From: Eledone cirrhosa
Taxonomy: Eukaryota
Length of the DNA: 64,000 nucleotides
Direction: 5' to 3'
Assembly (NCBI GenBank): GCA_964016885.1
Contig: OZ024740.1
Span: 71,362,001-71,426,000, forward strand
Positions 48,945-61,149 of this stretch are shown one piece after another. The translations under genes and the position numbers were made by a program. The number at the start of each line of letters is the position of its first letter. Position 1 is the stretch's first letter. Under the pieces are notes generated by a model. That model did no database searches, was not told the origin of the DNA, and worked only from the letters and a program-made list of their open reading frames with translations.

Positions 48945-49682
48945 TCCCCTCTTCCGACCAATCTCTTCACGGATTACACATATGTGAACCTTGATCCCGA
49001 GAATCTACCGCATCCCAGGATTTTACTCAGCATTCCACCACATCTTTTTACGGAATTACCTTTACGACTCACCCCAGACACACACCCTCCAATTTTTTTT
49101 TCCCACACGCCACCTACATCCACAACACGCATAAACACCACACACACACACGTGCGTACCACCACATATTTACACACTCAGCCTCTGGAATCCTCTCCCC
49201 CACCCCTCTATCCACACACGCACACACACTCCGACCTACACCCCACCCCACACACACCTCTTCCTGAACATGCAACCCCGTTCTTCCCCCAACCCTTGCT
49301 TTCACATACACACACACACGTACACCTACACACACACACCACCTTCAGCCCTCCCCGCTCGGACACCCCGTCTCCCTCTCCCCACTCCACCCGCCACCAC
49401 CCCTACACGCCCCACATCTTCCACCACCTGTTTTACCCCATTTTAATTTTATTTTGATCATGCCTTTATTTTTAATTTCATTTGCACGGTTTCCTCTCAC
49501 CCCCTTTTTGCTATATGTCTCTCCACCACTCCCCTACACACCCTTTGAACTCTCTTTCCATACACTTTTCACCACAAGGGCTTATGCCCGAAACGTCGTT
49601 CCCCACCACCACCCCACTCTCAAGAGCGTGAAATTAATAAACCTTTGTTCGTACTGCCTCTGTTTTGTTCCCGTTCAATTTT

Positions 49683-49763
<81 letters not shown>

Positions 49764-49769
<6 letters not shown>

Positions 49770-50102
49770 ATGCTTTGGGAGGGTCATGTTGCCAATAAGA
49801 AACACATGCACCAGTTGCTTTCACTCCAATTTATTATAAATTAAATTCATAAATTTAAGAATTTATAAATTTCCGGTTGGCTGGTTGGTTCCACAACCGG
49901 ACGGTTGTTCATATATTGTCAAAGTTCTTTCGTCACACATTCTGTGACCTCTTCAGTGACTAGGGATTCTTTCCTTTGTTTTTGTGCCTCTCCTTTATTC
50001 TGTCCTCTTAAATTTATAAATTTAATTTATAATAAATTGGAGTGAAATCAACTGGTGCGTGTGTTTCTTATTGGCAACATGACCCTCCCAAAGCATAACA
50101 AT
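49764..50102 (-). mobile_element. Fold-back element with 97-bp inverted arms and an internal hammerhead-like motif
   Basis: 49764-49860 versus 50006-50102; related copy at about 52733-52852. Confidence 0.7.
49918..49960 (-). ncRNA. Hammerhead-like motif (atypical)
   Basis: GTCA-CTGAAGA-g-GTCACA gaatg TGTGAC-GAAA-GAAC-TT-TGAC; extra G and very short stems I and III. Confidence 0.5.
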
Positions 50103-50245
50103 ATCGGTTTCAACACACGTTTTCAGATAAAGAATCTTGCTAAACAAATTCAGAAACGAAATATATATATATACATTCATATGTACGTATGTATGTATAT
50201 ACATACATATATATACATATATGTATATATATACATATATATATG

Positions 50246-50278
<33 letters not shown>

Positions 50279-50390
50279 TTATATAATATATATTTATATA
50301 ATATATATATATATATTTATATAATATATATATATATTTATATAATATTAATTAAAAATATTAATAAATATAGACATTGACGTAATCAAA

Positions 50391-50462
50391 ATATATTTTA
50401 TTATATATATTTCGGAGGTACTGTGCTGTTTTTTTAGTGCGTCATCATCAGATAAAATATAT
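50391..50462 (-). ncRNA. Minimal hammerhead ribozyme with decayed stem II
   Basis: ATATATTTTAT-CTGATGA-...-GAAA-TATATA-TA-ATAAAATATAT. Confidence 0.62.
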
Positions 50463-50624
50463 AAATTGATGTATGACATACCTCAACTGTGCTGATGGTT
50501 CAATTCCAGTCAAGATATATATATTTATATACATATATATATAACAAAGGAATTGTGGTAAGGAACCAAATGGACCATAACGCACCAGAGTACTCAATAC
50601 TTAGGGTAGTAGAGTGGGAAATAG

Positions 50625-50746
50625 GAAAAAGTATGACCCCGACGGCAGAGCTCAAGCCGTTTCGACGGCTATTTCTGGACATATATCTGAGTCCAGAAAT
50701 AACCGTCGAAACGGCTTGAGCTCTGCCGTCGGGGTCATACTTTTTC
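50625..50746. repeat. GC-rich near-perfect hairpin (56-bp arms, 10-nt loop), apparently hammerhead-derived
   Basis: Arms 50625-50680 and 50691-50746, one mismatch. Confidence 0.9.
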
Positions 50747-50820
50747 ATATATATATATATTGAATATATATATATATATATGTGTGTGTGTGTATGTGTG
50801 TACGTATGTATGTGTGTGTG

Positions 50821-50889
<69 letters not shown>

Positions 50890-50903
50890 GATATATATGT
50901 ATA

Positions 50904-50977
<74 letters not shown>

Positions 50978-51488
50978 TAGATAGATAGATATAGATATAG
51001 ATACATTCATATGTACGTATGTATGTGTATATATATACACATACATATATATATATATACATTCATATGCACGTATGTATGTGTGTATATATATATATAT
51101 ACATTCATATGTACGTATGTATATATATATATATATATATATAAATTACACAATAATCAAAGTTATGTTCAAATCATTTAATTGCTGACAATCGTTTCTT
51201 CCAAACTTTCGTTTGCATTCATCGGAGCACTAGCAATGTTTGTACATATAGTTAACCTCCTATTCAACTGAACAATCATGTAGATACATGGATATTAATG
51301 CTGTCAACAAGTTTCGTATTTACAGAGTGGAATGGATGCGATATATATATTACAAGAGAATTGTACAATAACTAAAATTAAAAAGCTGATTATTGTGTAA
51401 TTTATATTCCTGCTCTGTAAAACATCTGATGTATTTACATTGAGCTATTATTCTTACTGGTAATTAGGTACCTTTCCTGTTTATAGTT

Positions 51489-52100
51489 TATGGATGTGAA
51501 AAACGTTCGCAAGTAGTGTAGAGAGTTTACAGCCGGTCGTACTGAAATTCACGATGAACAAAAGAGCGGGAGACCGTCAATTTATGATGAGACAGTCGCA
51601 AAGGTTGAGGAAAACATGCGTAAAGATCGGCGGGTCACTCTGGATGCTCTCTGCATTTTGGTTCCTGAGGTTTCCCGAAGCACCTTCCAAAAAAAAATTG
51701 CGACTCTCTCGTCGGAAATCGACGGTCTCCCGTTCTTTTGTTCGTCGTGAATTTCAGTATGACCGGCTGTAAACTCTCTACACCACTTGCGAACGTTTTT
51801 GACATCCATGCACGACTGTCCTTACACTTCCGTCAATTGGTGATGAATTGCAATCGGTTCAACGCCTTTTGTGTTCAAAAACCGAATAACTGCGCGAGCT
51901 TCGCACTTGGCGGTAGCGTTCAACGGGATCTCCATTCTCAACGGTTGCGAAGATAAGATTGAGCATCCCAGTGAAGCGCGCGCATGCATGCTTGTTTGGG
52001 AGCGAAGGAAACACCAATCACAACAGTGTTGCCAACAGCCGTACGAACAATTTCTCTGCGTCCCCATCGCTTTGGAGACCTTACTTTTGGGATTACGCTC

Positions 52101-52101
<1 letters not shown>
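51489..52101 (-). mobile_element. mariner transposon 5' fragment with internal inverted duplication
   Basis: TA-CGAGCGTAATCCCAAAAGTAAGGT terminus; HTH N-terminus RAVIRFL...IHHQL...VRKWCREF...GRPS. Confidence 0.82.
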
Positions 52102-52164
<63 letters not shown>

Positions 52165-52182
52165 TCATATGTACGTATGTAT

Positions 52183-52715
52183 GTGTACAGGGCCGTTGTT
52201 CTCACCAGCCTCCTCTACGGATGTGAGACATGGACCCTGTACAGAAGGCACCTGAAGCAGCTGGAACGGTACCACGTGCGCAGCCTACGGTCAACCATGA
52301 ACATCAAATGGCGGGACAAAGTCTCCAATCTCGTAGTTCTTGACATGGCTGAGACAACCAGTGTCGAAGCTATGATACTGAAGAGCCGACTTCAATGGGT
52401 GGGACGTGTCAACCGGATGGACGATCATAGGCTTCCGAAGCAACTGATGTATGGGGAACTCTGTTCGGCAAAACGAAAGTGGGGCAGGCCTCTCAAGAGG
52501 TTCAAAGACTGCGTGAAGTCCGGCATCAACAACACTGGAATCGCCCCAAAACAACTCGAGTCCCATGCTCAGGACAGGACTGAGTGGCGAGCCCTTACCA
52601 GACGCCAAAGACTCTTTTGAAGAGAAGAGATGGGCAGAGGTCACTGAGGCCCGTGAAAGGAGGAGAAAGGCATCAGCAGCTGCCTCAAGCGACTCCGGTC
52701 TCTTCCCCTGCCCCA
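52183..52715 (+). mobile_element. RTE/BovB-like LINE 3' fragment
   Basis: YRAVVLTSLLYGCETWTLY, RLPKQLMYGEL, GRPLKRFKD. Confidence 0.85.
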
Positions 52716-52854
52716 TTATCCCCGGACCTGCGATATATAAACGACCTTCCAGTTATCGAACCAACCAGCCGGAGATTTATAATAAATTGAAGTGAAAACT
52801 AACAGGTGCGTGTGTTTTTATTCGCAGCTTGACCCTCCCAAAGTATAACAACAC

Positions 52855-53762
52855 GTCATTATCATCATCGTCTAACGTCCATCTTCCACGCTAGCATGGG
52901 TTGGGCGGGTTTGTCCCATTTGAGGCAAGATTGGTCGGATGACCGTGTATCGCTTGTACAGAACAATTTCAGGCCAGTTTTCTACGGCTGGATGCACTTC
53001 GTAACACCAACCACATCTACAGTGTGGACTGGGAGCCTTTTTACTGTGTCTTCCACACAACCACTTTACAGTATGGGTTGGGTGCTTTTTGTCGTGTCAC
53101 CTATACGACCACTTTACAGTGGACAGAGGTGGGAGGGTGGAGTAGGGATGTGAGATGGGGGCGTATATTGAGTTAAGAGGTGACTACTGACTGTACGTTT
53201 AAGTTCGTATGTAAGGGAAGGCGGGTTTTCTGTATAACTGCATAGCGCCAAAGATCTCGATCCAGGAACGTTGTCTTAGAGAGTGTAAGTGAGCAAGATC
53301 AGTTTTATCACCTCGTCCCAGGTTTTTCTCGGTCTACCCACTCCGTAGCTTCCACCAATTGTGATCGCCCTGCACTTTTTTGTACAGCTGTTGTCCTTCA
53401 TACGCATCACATGTCCATACCAACACAATCTCCTCTCCTGCACACAACATATGATACCTCTTATGCTTAGTCTCTCTCTCAATTCGTTTATGCTTTGCCG
53501 TTCGCATACATTACTATTACACATCCATCGGAGCATGCAAGCTCCGTTTCTTTCTAATCTACGCAAGTCTTCTGCACACAACGCCCAGGTCTCACTACCA
53601 TGTAACATTGCTGTTCGTATACAAGCATCATACAATCTGCTTTTCATTTTTAGAGAAAAACCTTTTGTGGCCACCACTGGTATTAGCTCTCTGAACGTTT
53701 TCCATCCCGTTCTAACTCTGGCTACTGTACTTTCAGAACATCCACCTCCACTGCTGATTTTG
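52855..53762 (-). mobile_element. RTE-type LINE 3' fragment (family of 22260-24063)
   Basis: MLHGSETW...RLCWYGHVMR...[10 protein letters not shown], (GAT)n tail. Confidence 0.9.
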
Positions 53763-54335
53763 GAACTCAGCTGGACAGCAACTCCTTGCGCATCGATGTT
53801 TCTCTGAGGCTCAGCCACAGCGTCTATGAACCTCACTTGCTGCTGTGGTACCATTGTGGTTCCTTTCGGTCTCCACCCACTGTCATACCGTTACAGTGCT
53901 GGCTGCTTCCCACGTTATGCTGCTCTCAACGAGATCATAAAGTATGGCCTGGACGACGCAGGCTTCCCTTCCCAGCTCGAACCAGAGGGGTCAGCAAAAG
54001 GCAAAACGTTATGACAATCTTCTCAATTGGATGCTACATGCTGTGACACCTACTCTAGTGGCAACTTGGTGCATTCGGCTACCAGCCCAGGCTCTGCTGC
54101 CCGTCAAACCAAAAAGGACAAACTGTCCAAGTATCAGCTGCTCTCTGATAGAGCCTGTAGCAAAGGATATTTCCGGCGTTCTTGGCCCCCGGACCAGATC
54201 CATACTCGTTGTTATCTTGGCGGAGCTGGCCGCACGTAGATATGAGCCCCGCGACATGGAGTGGCTGTTACAGCGCGTCTCCCTCACCGACTTCTGGGGC
54301 AATGTATTCTCCATCCTGTCGACTGGGACCCAGTG
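53763..54335 (+). mobile_element. CRE-like non-LTR element, zinc-knuckle and RLE C-terminal fragment
   Basis: Across frames: LRIDVSLRL...CCCG...GLHPLS..SAG..PRYAALNEII...LEP, WDATCCDT, KLSKY, WLLQRVSL...GNVFSIL. Confidence 0.68.
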
Positions 54336-55254
54336 GCTGAGGGTAAGCTGGAGGATACTCTTTCGGGCATCACTTTCTATCTATTTCTTTAAAAAGCTAT
54401 CCGTATCTTTACTTACTATATATAGACTAGCCAAAATTCTATAAAAATATCAAATTATTGTATGATTTTTTTTTTACATATAGAAAAAAAATACATACAA
54501 ATGATATTCTGATTAGTCTATACAAGTGAGAATTACATCTATGCCAGTGGATTAGCCTTGTAGGGTAGAAAATCACTGATAAACTTTTTGAGAAGTCAGA
54601 TCAATTTTAGAGTGGAAGGGAAGTAAATATTGTATCATACAGACGAAGGCTTTGCGCGAGTTCTTTCCTTTTATTTGAATTTATTTAAAAGTTGTGACAT
54701 AACGACGAAGTTTTAGCTTGGTTGTTTGACGAGTTAAATAAACCTTGCACAAAAATAAAATCAGATTAAGAAACACCAATGCTGGTCATTCTACAGACTC
54801 ACGTGCCTTAATAGAATTATTAGAGAGATACAGTGTAAGACAAGGCTGACCCTTTAAATTACAAATTTCCGTTTACTCAGTTTTTGTCATTAGGTACAGG
54901 TCGACTAGAGGCTATATAGTAAATGACATATTCCCAGCGTGAACTTCTTACTCATAGTATATAAAGATATATTCACCAACGAAAATTTATCAATATTCGT
55001 GTACCAGGGACATCAATAATGACGGCAGTGGCGAAAAAGACATTTAGCTTTTGGAGTCCATGATTGTATACCACATTCAAAAGGATTACTGGATATATAA
55101 ACAACTACTAACTGGAAAATTTACGTTTTGATAAATTAATGGTTTGCTCATGAGAAACCCTGTATGTTAATTACTGACACGTGGAAGTGATTAAACATAA
55201 GAATGATATTTTAATAATTTATTTCTAGTATATAATTACATAAATTTCCGTGAT

Positions 55255-55438
55255 TCTAAAATACTGTGATCTCTCGGCTAACTACATTTTTCAGCCTGTG
55301 GCGTTCGAGACGTTTGGAGGAGTCGGGATTCTGACTGCGAGATTCTTATCTTCACTAGCGGTTCACTTAACAGAGGTAACTGGTGATGCTCGTGAGGGCG
55401 CTTGGTTGTTCCAGTGCATCAGCCTCGCCATCACCTGA
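55255..55438 (+). mobile_element. Second CRE-like RLE fragment
   Basis: KY..L...FQPVAFETFG..G...TGDAREGAWLFQCISLAI. Confidence 0.65.
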
Positions 55439-55454
55439 GCACTGTACACAATAA

Positions 55455-55650
55455 TTTCATTGGTTTGGCAGTATCGGTAGAGTGTCAGACACCATGCTTT
55501 GCAGCATAGAGTTATTATAGCCCTTTACGTTCTCAGTTCAAATCCCGCCGAAGTTAATTTTGCCTTTCATCCTTACGGGGTCGATAAAATAAGACACTAG
55601 TAATGCACTGGTGTAATTGCTGACCTTGTGCCAAAAGTAGAAAAAAATAT
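55455..55650 (+). mobile_element. tRNA-derived SINE, plus-strand copy (others at about 33000-33190, 41820-41960, 43921-44012, 56660-56800, 60800-60940)
   Basis: A-box-like TGGCAGTATCGG, B box GTTCAAATCC, same core. Confidence 0.78.
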
Positions 55651-57979
55651 TATTATTATTATTATTAAAGTATTATAACGCTGGGAGCGTGCTGGCTTGC
55701 CTCAAAAATCATTAGAGATGTTTCCCAGTGCTCTTCGAGATACTTTTATCATCTGCTCTAGTAGTGACTCGTTTGTCCACTCCTTTCTCCTACGCTTTGT
55801 TGTATGTGGTCCTAGATGTGTGTATTACCTGCTTATGTGTTTTTTTCTTTCTTTTCCTTTTTTCCCCCTTTCCCTTTCCTTTATTATACTAGCAGAAAAA
55901 CCACCCTTTCGGTGGTTTTCTGCTAGTATGTGTAGTATGTATATTGATATTATACGCAAGTATATATGCATGTAGATATGATACATCAAATAAAACCGTA
56001 ATTGACAATATACACAGAAATTGAACAAAGACTGGGTTACACTGTCTTCTGTAATCAGTAACGTAATCCATGATACATTAAAAAAAGACGATATTATATA
56101 TAAACTGCATTAGGAGAAAATTAGTGACAGAAATATATGAATATTTATTTAAACGATCGCTAACCGGAAGTGTTGACATTTGAAAATGTTAAAGAAGTGA
56201 ATCTTTAAATAAGTAATAAAATATATTTAATGAACAGCCACGAAATTTAGTAGATAAATTATTTAATATTCATTCATTATTTATTCAAAGTAATCCAACT
56301 TATTTTACTAAAGGGATAACAAATTATAAACCGTACGCAGTCCCGCGCTTCTTACTTTATTATAGTTTAGATTTGTTTGTGTTTTCGTTCGGTAAGCATT
56401 ATATTACTATATTTTTTTATACAACTATGAATAAAACAAGTAATTATATTAAGGATTACATAAATGTTCAGCATATATGTACAAATGACATACAGGAGTA
56501 ACTTTGGAGAAATAACTATTTACAATGACAAATGTAGAATTAGAACTTGGGACTTTGTGATTAGAAAGCGAAGATTTTATTGTAGCAATGACTGAGATAG
56601 AAAATACAATGCATGTTTGTGTGCGTGTGTGTAAATTTGATGGTGTATTATTATGGTTAATAATTGTTTCTACTTTAGGCACAAGGCCAGCAATTTGAAG
56701 GGGAGGGGGGGGAGAAGTCGATTAAATCGACCCCAGTGTATCACTGGTGCTTTATTTTATCGACCCTGTAAGGATGAAAGACAAAGCTAACCTCGGAGGG
56801 AGCTTAGCTTATTATGGTTAATAATAGCAACAAAAATAGCACTAAACTGAATCCCATTCAATATATTTAAATCGGTCCTTCTACAGGCCAGGGGTTTCTT
56901 CTTTTGCCGTACGGCCTCCTTAACTGTGTTCACTCGATTGGGCCTTTACCAATTTTTTCTGTTCCATAAGCTTTAGTTAAGACTTTTATCCATGTATTCT
57001 AGAAGAATGGACAGTTTTCTTCAGTGTGGAATTTTATCGGGTCTACACCTGACAGCCTCTTTGTGATTTCTTTCTCTAGCTACTGTTTGACTTCATCTTG
57101 TTATGCTTGCTTCTTGGAGTTTTCTGTTTCTATTGCTTTCATATCATCATTACTGGGCAATGGTCAGTGTCCAGGTTGATTTCAGGAACAACTCTAGCAT
57201 CAATGATGCGTCCCCTTGATCTACACATGTAAGAATAAAATCAATCTGGTGACACATTTAGGCTATTCTGTCTAGACCTGGCTAGGCTTATGTGTATTAT
57301 GCTCAGAGAGCAAGCAGTTAAGTTTCTCTCCATTGTATCTTGTAGTGGTGACACTATGAGGGCCAAGGTAAGCTATCCATAATTTTTATGAGGTCCAGTT
57401 CATTCATTTAAATCATCCATGATTTCCTATCTGACACGGAGCCAACGATATCTGCAAATACTTTTACTTCCTCTGAATATGAGTCATTGCATTTACTTGA
57501 CTACTTGGGCTTAGCTGTCAAATCTAATTCAAGCTATCTCTATTCTTCACTCATACTATTTGCTTGGACCCAAAAGGGTGACTCAGACTGACAAATTCCT
57601 GCCTCAACTGTTAAAAATAAAATAATCCTGATTGGTTTTAATTCACTATTTCCAAAGGAAATATTACTTTGTTTCAGCTTTATAATATTATATAAAAAAA
57701 ATTTAATCAGTTCAGTCCAGTCTCATAAATTTGGGTGCAGTAAAACAAACAAGCTGAATGATAAAAAATAGCCATGAGTGAAAAAGTTTAGTTTGTAAAA
57801 GTATATCTATGGTACGTTGCTGCTAAGCAACGTGATCTTTATAGTGTAGCGGATATACTATGTTTTTATCTGTGTTTCTATGTGGTGTATGTATGCATTT
57901 GTGTTGTCTATATTGTTCATCTGTGTGTGTGTATGAGAGAAAGAGAGAGAGAGAGAGAGAGCTTTAGAACTTCATGTTC

Positions 57980-59792
57980 CCACAACTGGTGCAGCCAGTT
58001 GTTGGGATACCACTCTTGACGCTTTTGCAATCAGTTGTTGCCAATGGTCTCTATTCCTCGTCATGCGTAGAAGGGTCTCAGTGTTGTAACCAGTCCACTC
58101 TTTGATGTTGTAGGACCAGGATTTTCTTTGTCTGCTTCTTCACCCTCCTTCGACTGTGCCCTGAAGTATGGTTTTGGAAAAGGAGCTGTGGCAGGATGCA
58201 TGACTATACCAGGCAAGCTTCCGTCTTTTCACTATCGCAAGGAGTGGTTCCTGTCTGCCAAGATATTTGTTAACTTGGTGCCTCACAAAGCTGTTTGTTT
58301 TGTCCTCTGTGTATTGGATGTATAGCATTCTTCTGAAGCACTTGTGCTCAAATGACTGGATTCTTCATTCCATGTCAGCTATGAGAGTCCAACTCTCACA
58401 CCTATGCAAAAGGATCGAAGTCACCAAGGACTTGTACAGTTTGAGCTTCGTTGGAAAACTGATGGAGTTGCCTCTCCATATGACATTCAGCTTTACCATG
58501 GCAGAAGTAACCAGGGCGAGACTTGTCAGTATCTCCTTTTCAGATATGCCATCTTTGATCAGAGTGGATCTTGGGTACTTGAAAGTGTCCACTTCTTGAA
58601 GTCTTCCTCCATTCAGTATGATGTTGTTTACTGTATAATGATTATTACTGTTAACCAGAATCTTGCTCTTTTCTGAGTTGATTTCCATTCCATATGCTCC
58701 TGATCCTTTTTTCAGTCTGGAAGTGAGCTCCTGGAGTTCTGCTTCATTGCTTCCTAACAGTTCAGTGTCATCAGCAAATCACAGGTTAGAAATGGGCCAT
58801 CCTCCAATGGAAACTGAGGTGTGGAAGTCGTGGAGAGTCTCTTGCATGATGTTTTCCAGGAAGATGTTGAAAAGCACTGGAGAAAAGAGGCACCTTTATC
58901 AAACTCTTACTGTTGTCTAGAAGAATTTTCCAGTGTTGTCATTCAGAACTGCACTGTTTGGGTTGTAATACAGTGCTTTAATTACTTGAATGAGGTCGAT
59001 GTCAAAGTTGTAATCTTTCAACTTCCACAAAGCCTTATGCCAAACACAGCCAAAGGCTTTTTAAAAGTCAAAGTTATGATAGAGGTCAGATTGGTGCTGC
59101 AGGTGTTTCTCAGTGAGCAGTCTGATGTTAAATATCTGCTCTGATGTACTTCTTTTGAGCCTGCCAGGATTTCTTCTGCTTTTCCCTTATTTCTGTTTAG
59201 AAGACTTCTTAGCAATACTTTGCTGGAGTGGTTAATTAGGCTGATTGTTCTGTAATTCTGGCAAAGTCTTCAGTTTCCTTTTTTGGGAATGGGTATCCTC
59301 AGTGATTGGGTCCATGCCTTTAGCCTCTTCTTTGTTTCTCATATCTTCTGACAGATAACTGATAGTGCCTTAATGAGTTTTGGCCCTCCATATTTTAGAT
59401 CTGATGGAAAGTTATCAACTCCAGGGAATTTACCATCTTTATACATGTGCACCGTCTCTGACTTCCTCATGGAGGATAGGAGTATCCTCAATTTCATTGT
59501 TCTTATTGGTGGAATTGTCCAGGATGTTGATATTCTGTCTGATTTTGTAGTTATAAAGGTCTTCACAATATTCAGATCATCTTTTGATGGGCCTCGTCTA
59601 TGATGCCCATGAAAAAACTCGTCTCCAGTTTTGTCTTCAATAGCAGTGGTAGTGTGTTGCTTTCTTTTTGTTAACATTTTGAGGATTTCATAAGCAGCCT
59701 TACTGTTGCCCTTTTTTTATTCCAGCTTCGATGTTTTCGTACTGGTCTGATATACACTTTTCTTTGGCTTCCCACATTTTCTTCCTGACCTT
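57980..59792 (-). mobile_element. Decayed non-LTR LINE (RTE-like, third family) RT region and 3' end
   Basis: GKFPGVD, LKLYKSLVTSILL..CESWTL, VKRRKLAWYSH, KTILQGTVEG; many frameshifts. Confidence 0.85.
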
Positions 59793-61149
59793 TCAAAACA
59801 TTTGGAGCTAATAAAATGTTAGAACAATCAATGAAAATCAGCAATATCTATTTATTCCAAGGCTCAGCTGAGTGATCACATGTCAACTTAGCACATTGTA
59901 AAATATTTTGTTTGAGAAAAAAAAACAAAAAAACAAACAAGATGGTTGGATAACATCCATGAGCTCAGCTGGTCTTGCTTGAGAATTCAGCTGGATCAAT
60001 TGAAGACAGCTGCTTCTTACAGGACTCTACCCTCACAACTCTTGAAGAAAAAGGTGGAGGAGAAGAAGCAGCAGCAAACCATGGATTGGTGTTCCAATAT
60101 CTATTTGTTTCCCTAAATTCGGAGTTCAAAACCCCCCAAAATGGATTTTGTCAATACAGTAGGTACCACACTCAAAGTACAGTAGTTGCCATAATAGAAT
60201 GTTCTACTCTACAGCAAAAGTTATAAGCTTTGTGCCTATTTTAGAAGTATTCATTTTTTACAAAGGCAAACACATCAAATTTGGGGATGGATATAGTCAA
60301 TAATCTGGAGAGATGGGCTCCACCAGGTTTTAAAATGCCCCAAGAAATGTTGTATATCAGTATAGCACACCTACAACTCCCGCAGGAGTTACGGGCTCAA
60401 GTATACATACATAGTCGATAATATAGTAAATACACGAAGTCTAGTGGTCCAGGTGTTGGACATATGACCACAATGCCATGGGTTCAATTCTTGGACCAGG
60501 TGGCACATTGTGTTTTTGAGAAAAACACTTCATTTCATGTGGTTCCATTTCATTCAGCTCAAAATGAGTACCAGCAGTAACTGGGCATTAACTCTGCGAT
60601 GGACTAGTGACTTTGCTTAGACATTTTAATCACATGTCCGTAGTACCAGAGCTGTGATTTCTCAGTACAAAGAAGTACCGGCTCTACTAGGAGCGACTCC
60701 TTGATATTTTATTCTCAGTCACTTAATGCTAATGAAACTGAAATAAGCACTGGCCGGGTGAACCTCTGGGCTTGGGACAAACTTTTATAGTCAAAATGAA
60801 ATTCAGTACTTGACTGGTAGTCATGACCCTAGAAGAATGAAAGGCAAAAACTTCCTTGGTGGGATTTGGAACCAGAACATAAAGGATTAAAGCTAAATAC
60901 CACAAGCCATTTTGTCCAAAGTGTTAAAAATGTTGCCAATTAGTATGTGTGTGGTTTAGTTTTTGTACGTTAGGTGATTGTGCTGGTGATACAATAAAAA
61001 GTACCCAGTCCACTGTAAGGTAGACATGACAAACATTAGTGGCTTCCTCAGCCTTGGTGACCGCCATGTGTCCACCACTCTCAAAACCAGAGCCAATGCT
61101 TATGGGAGATTAAAGGGTTGATGTGACAAGCTCAGTAATTCTAAAGCAC

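Larger units (their letters stand above)
44284..52160. repeat. Series of (TA)n and TA/CA microsatellite arrays
   Basis: Arrays at about 44284-44359, 44506-44582, 47399-47452, 48914-48940, 49688-49764, 50160-50345, 50747-51142, 52102-52160. Confidence 0.95.

Noticed and set aside
48984-49457. Pro/His/Thr-rich 157-aa ORF
   Set aside because: Product of low-complexity C/A-rich DNA with no recognisable domain
49645-52255. YIYI-rich ORFs in the ORF track
   Set aside because: Translations of (TA)n microsatellite, which has no stop codons
51871-52620. 249-aa ORF as a gene
   Set aside because: Chance read-through of antisense mariner, (TA)n and an RTE fragment
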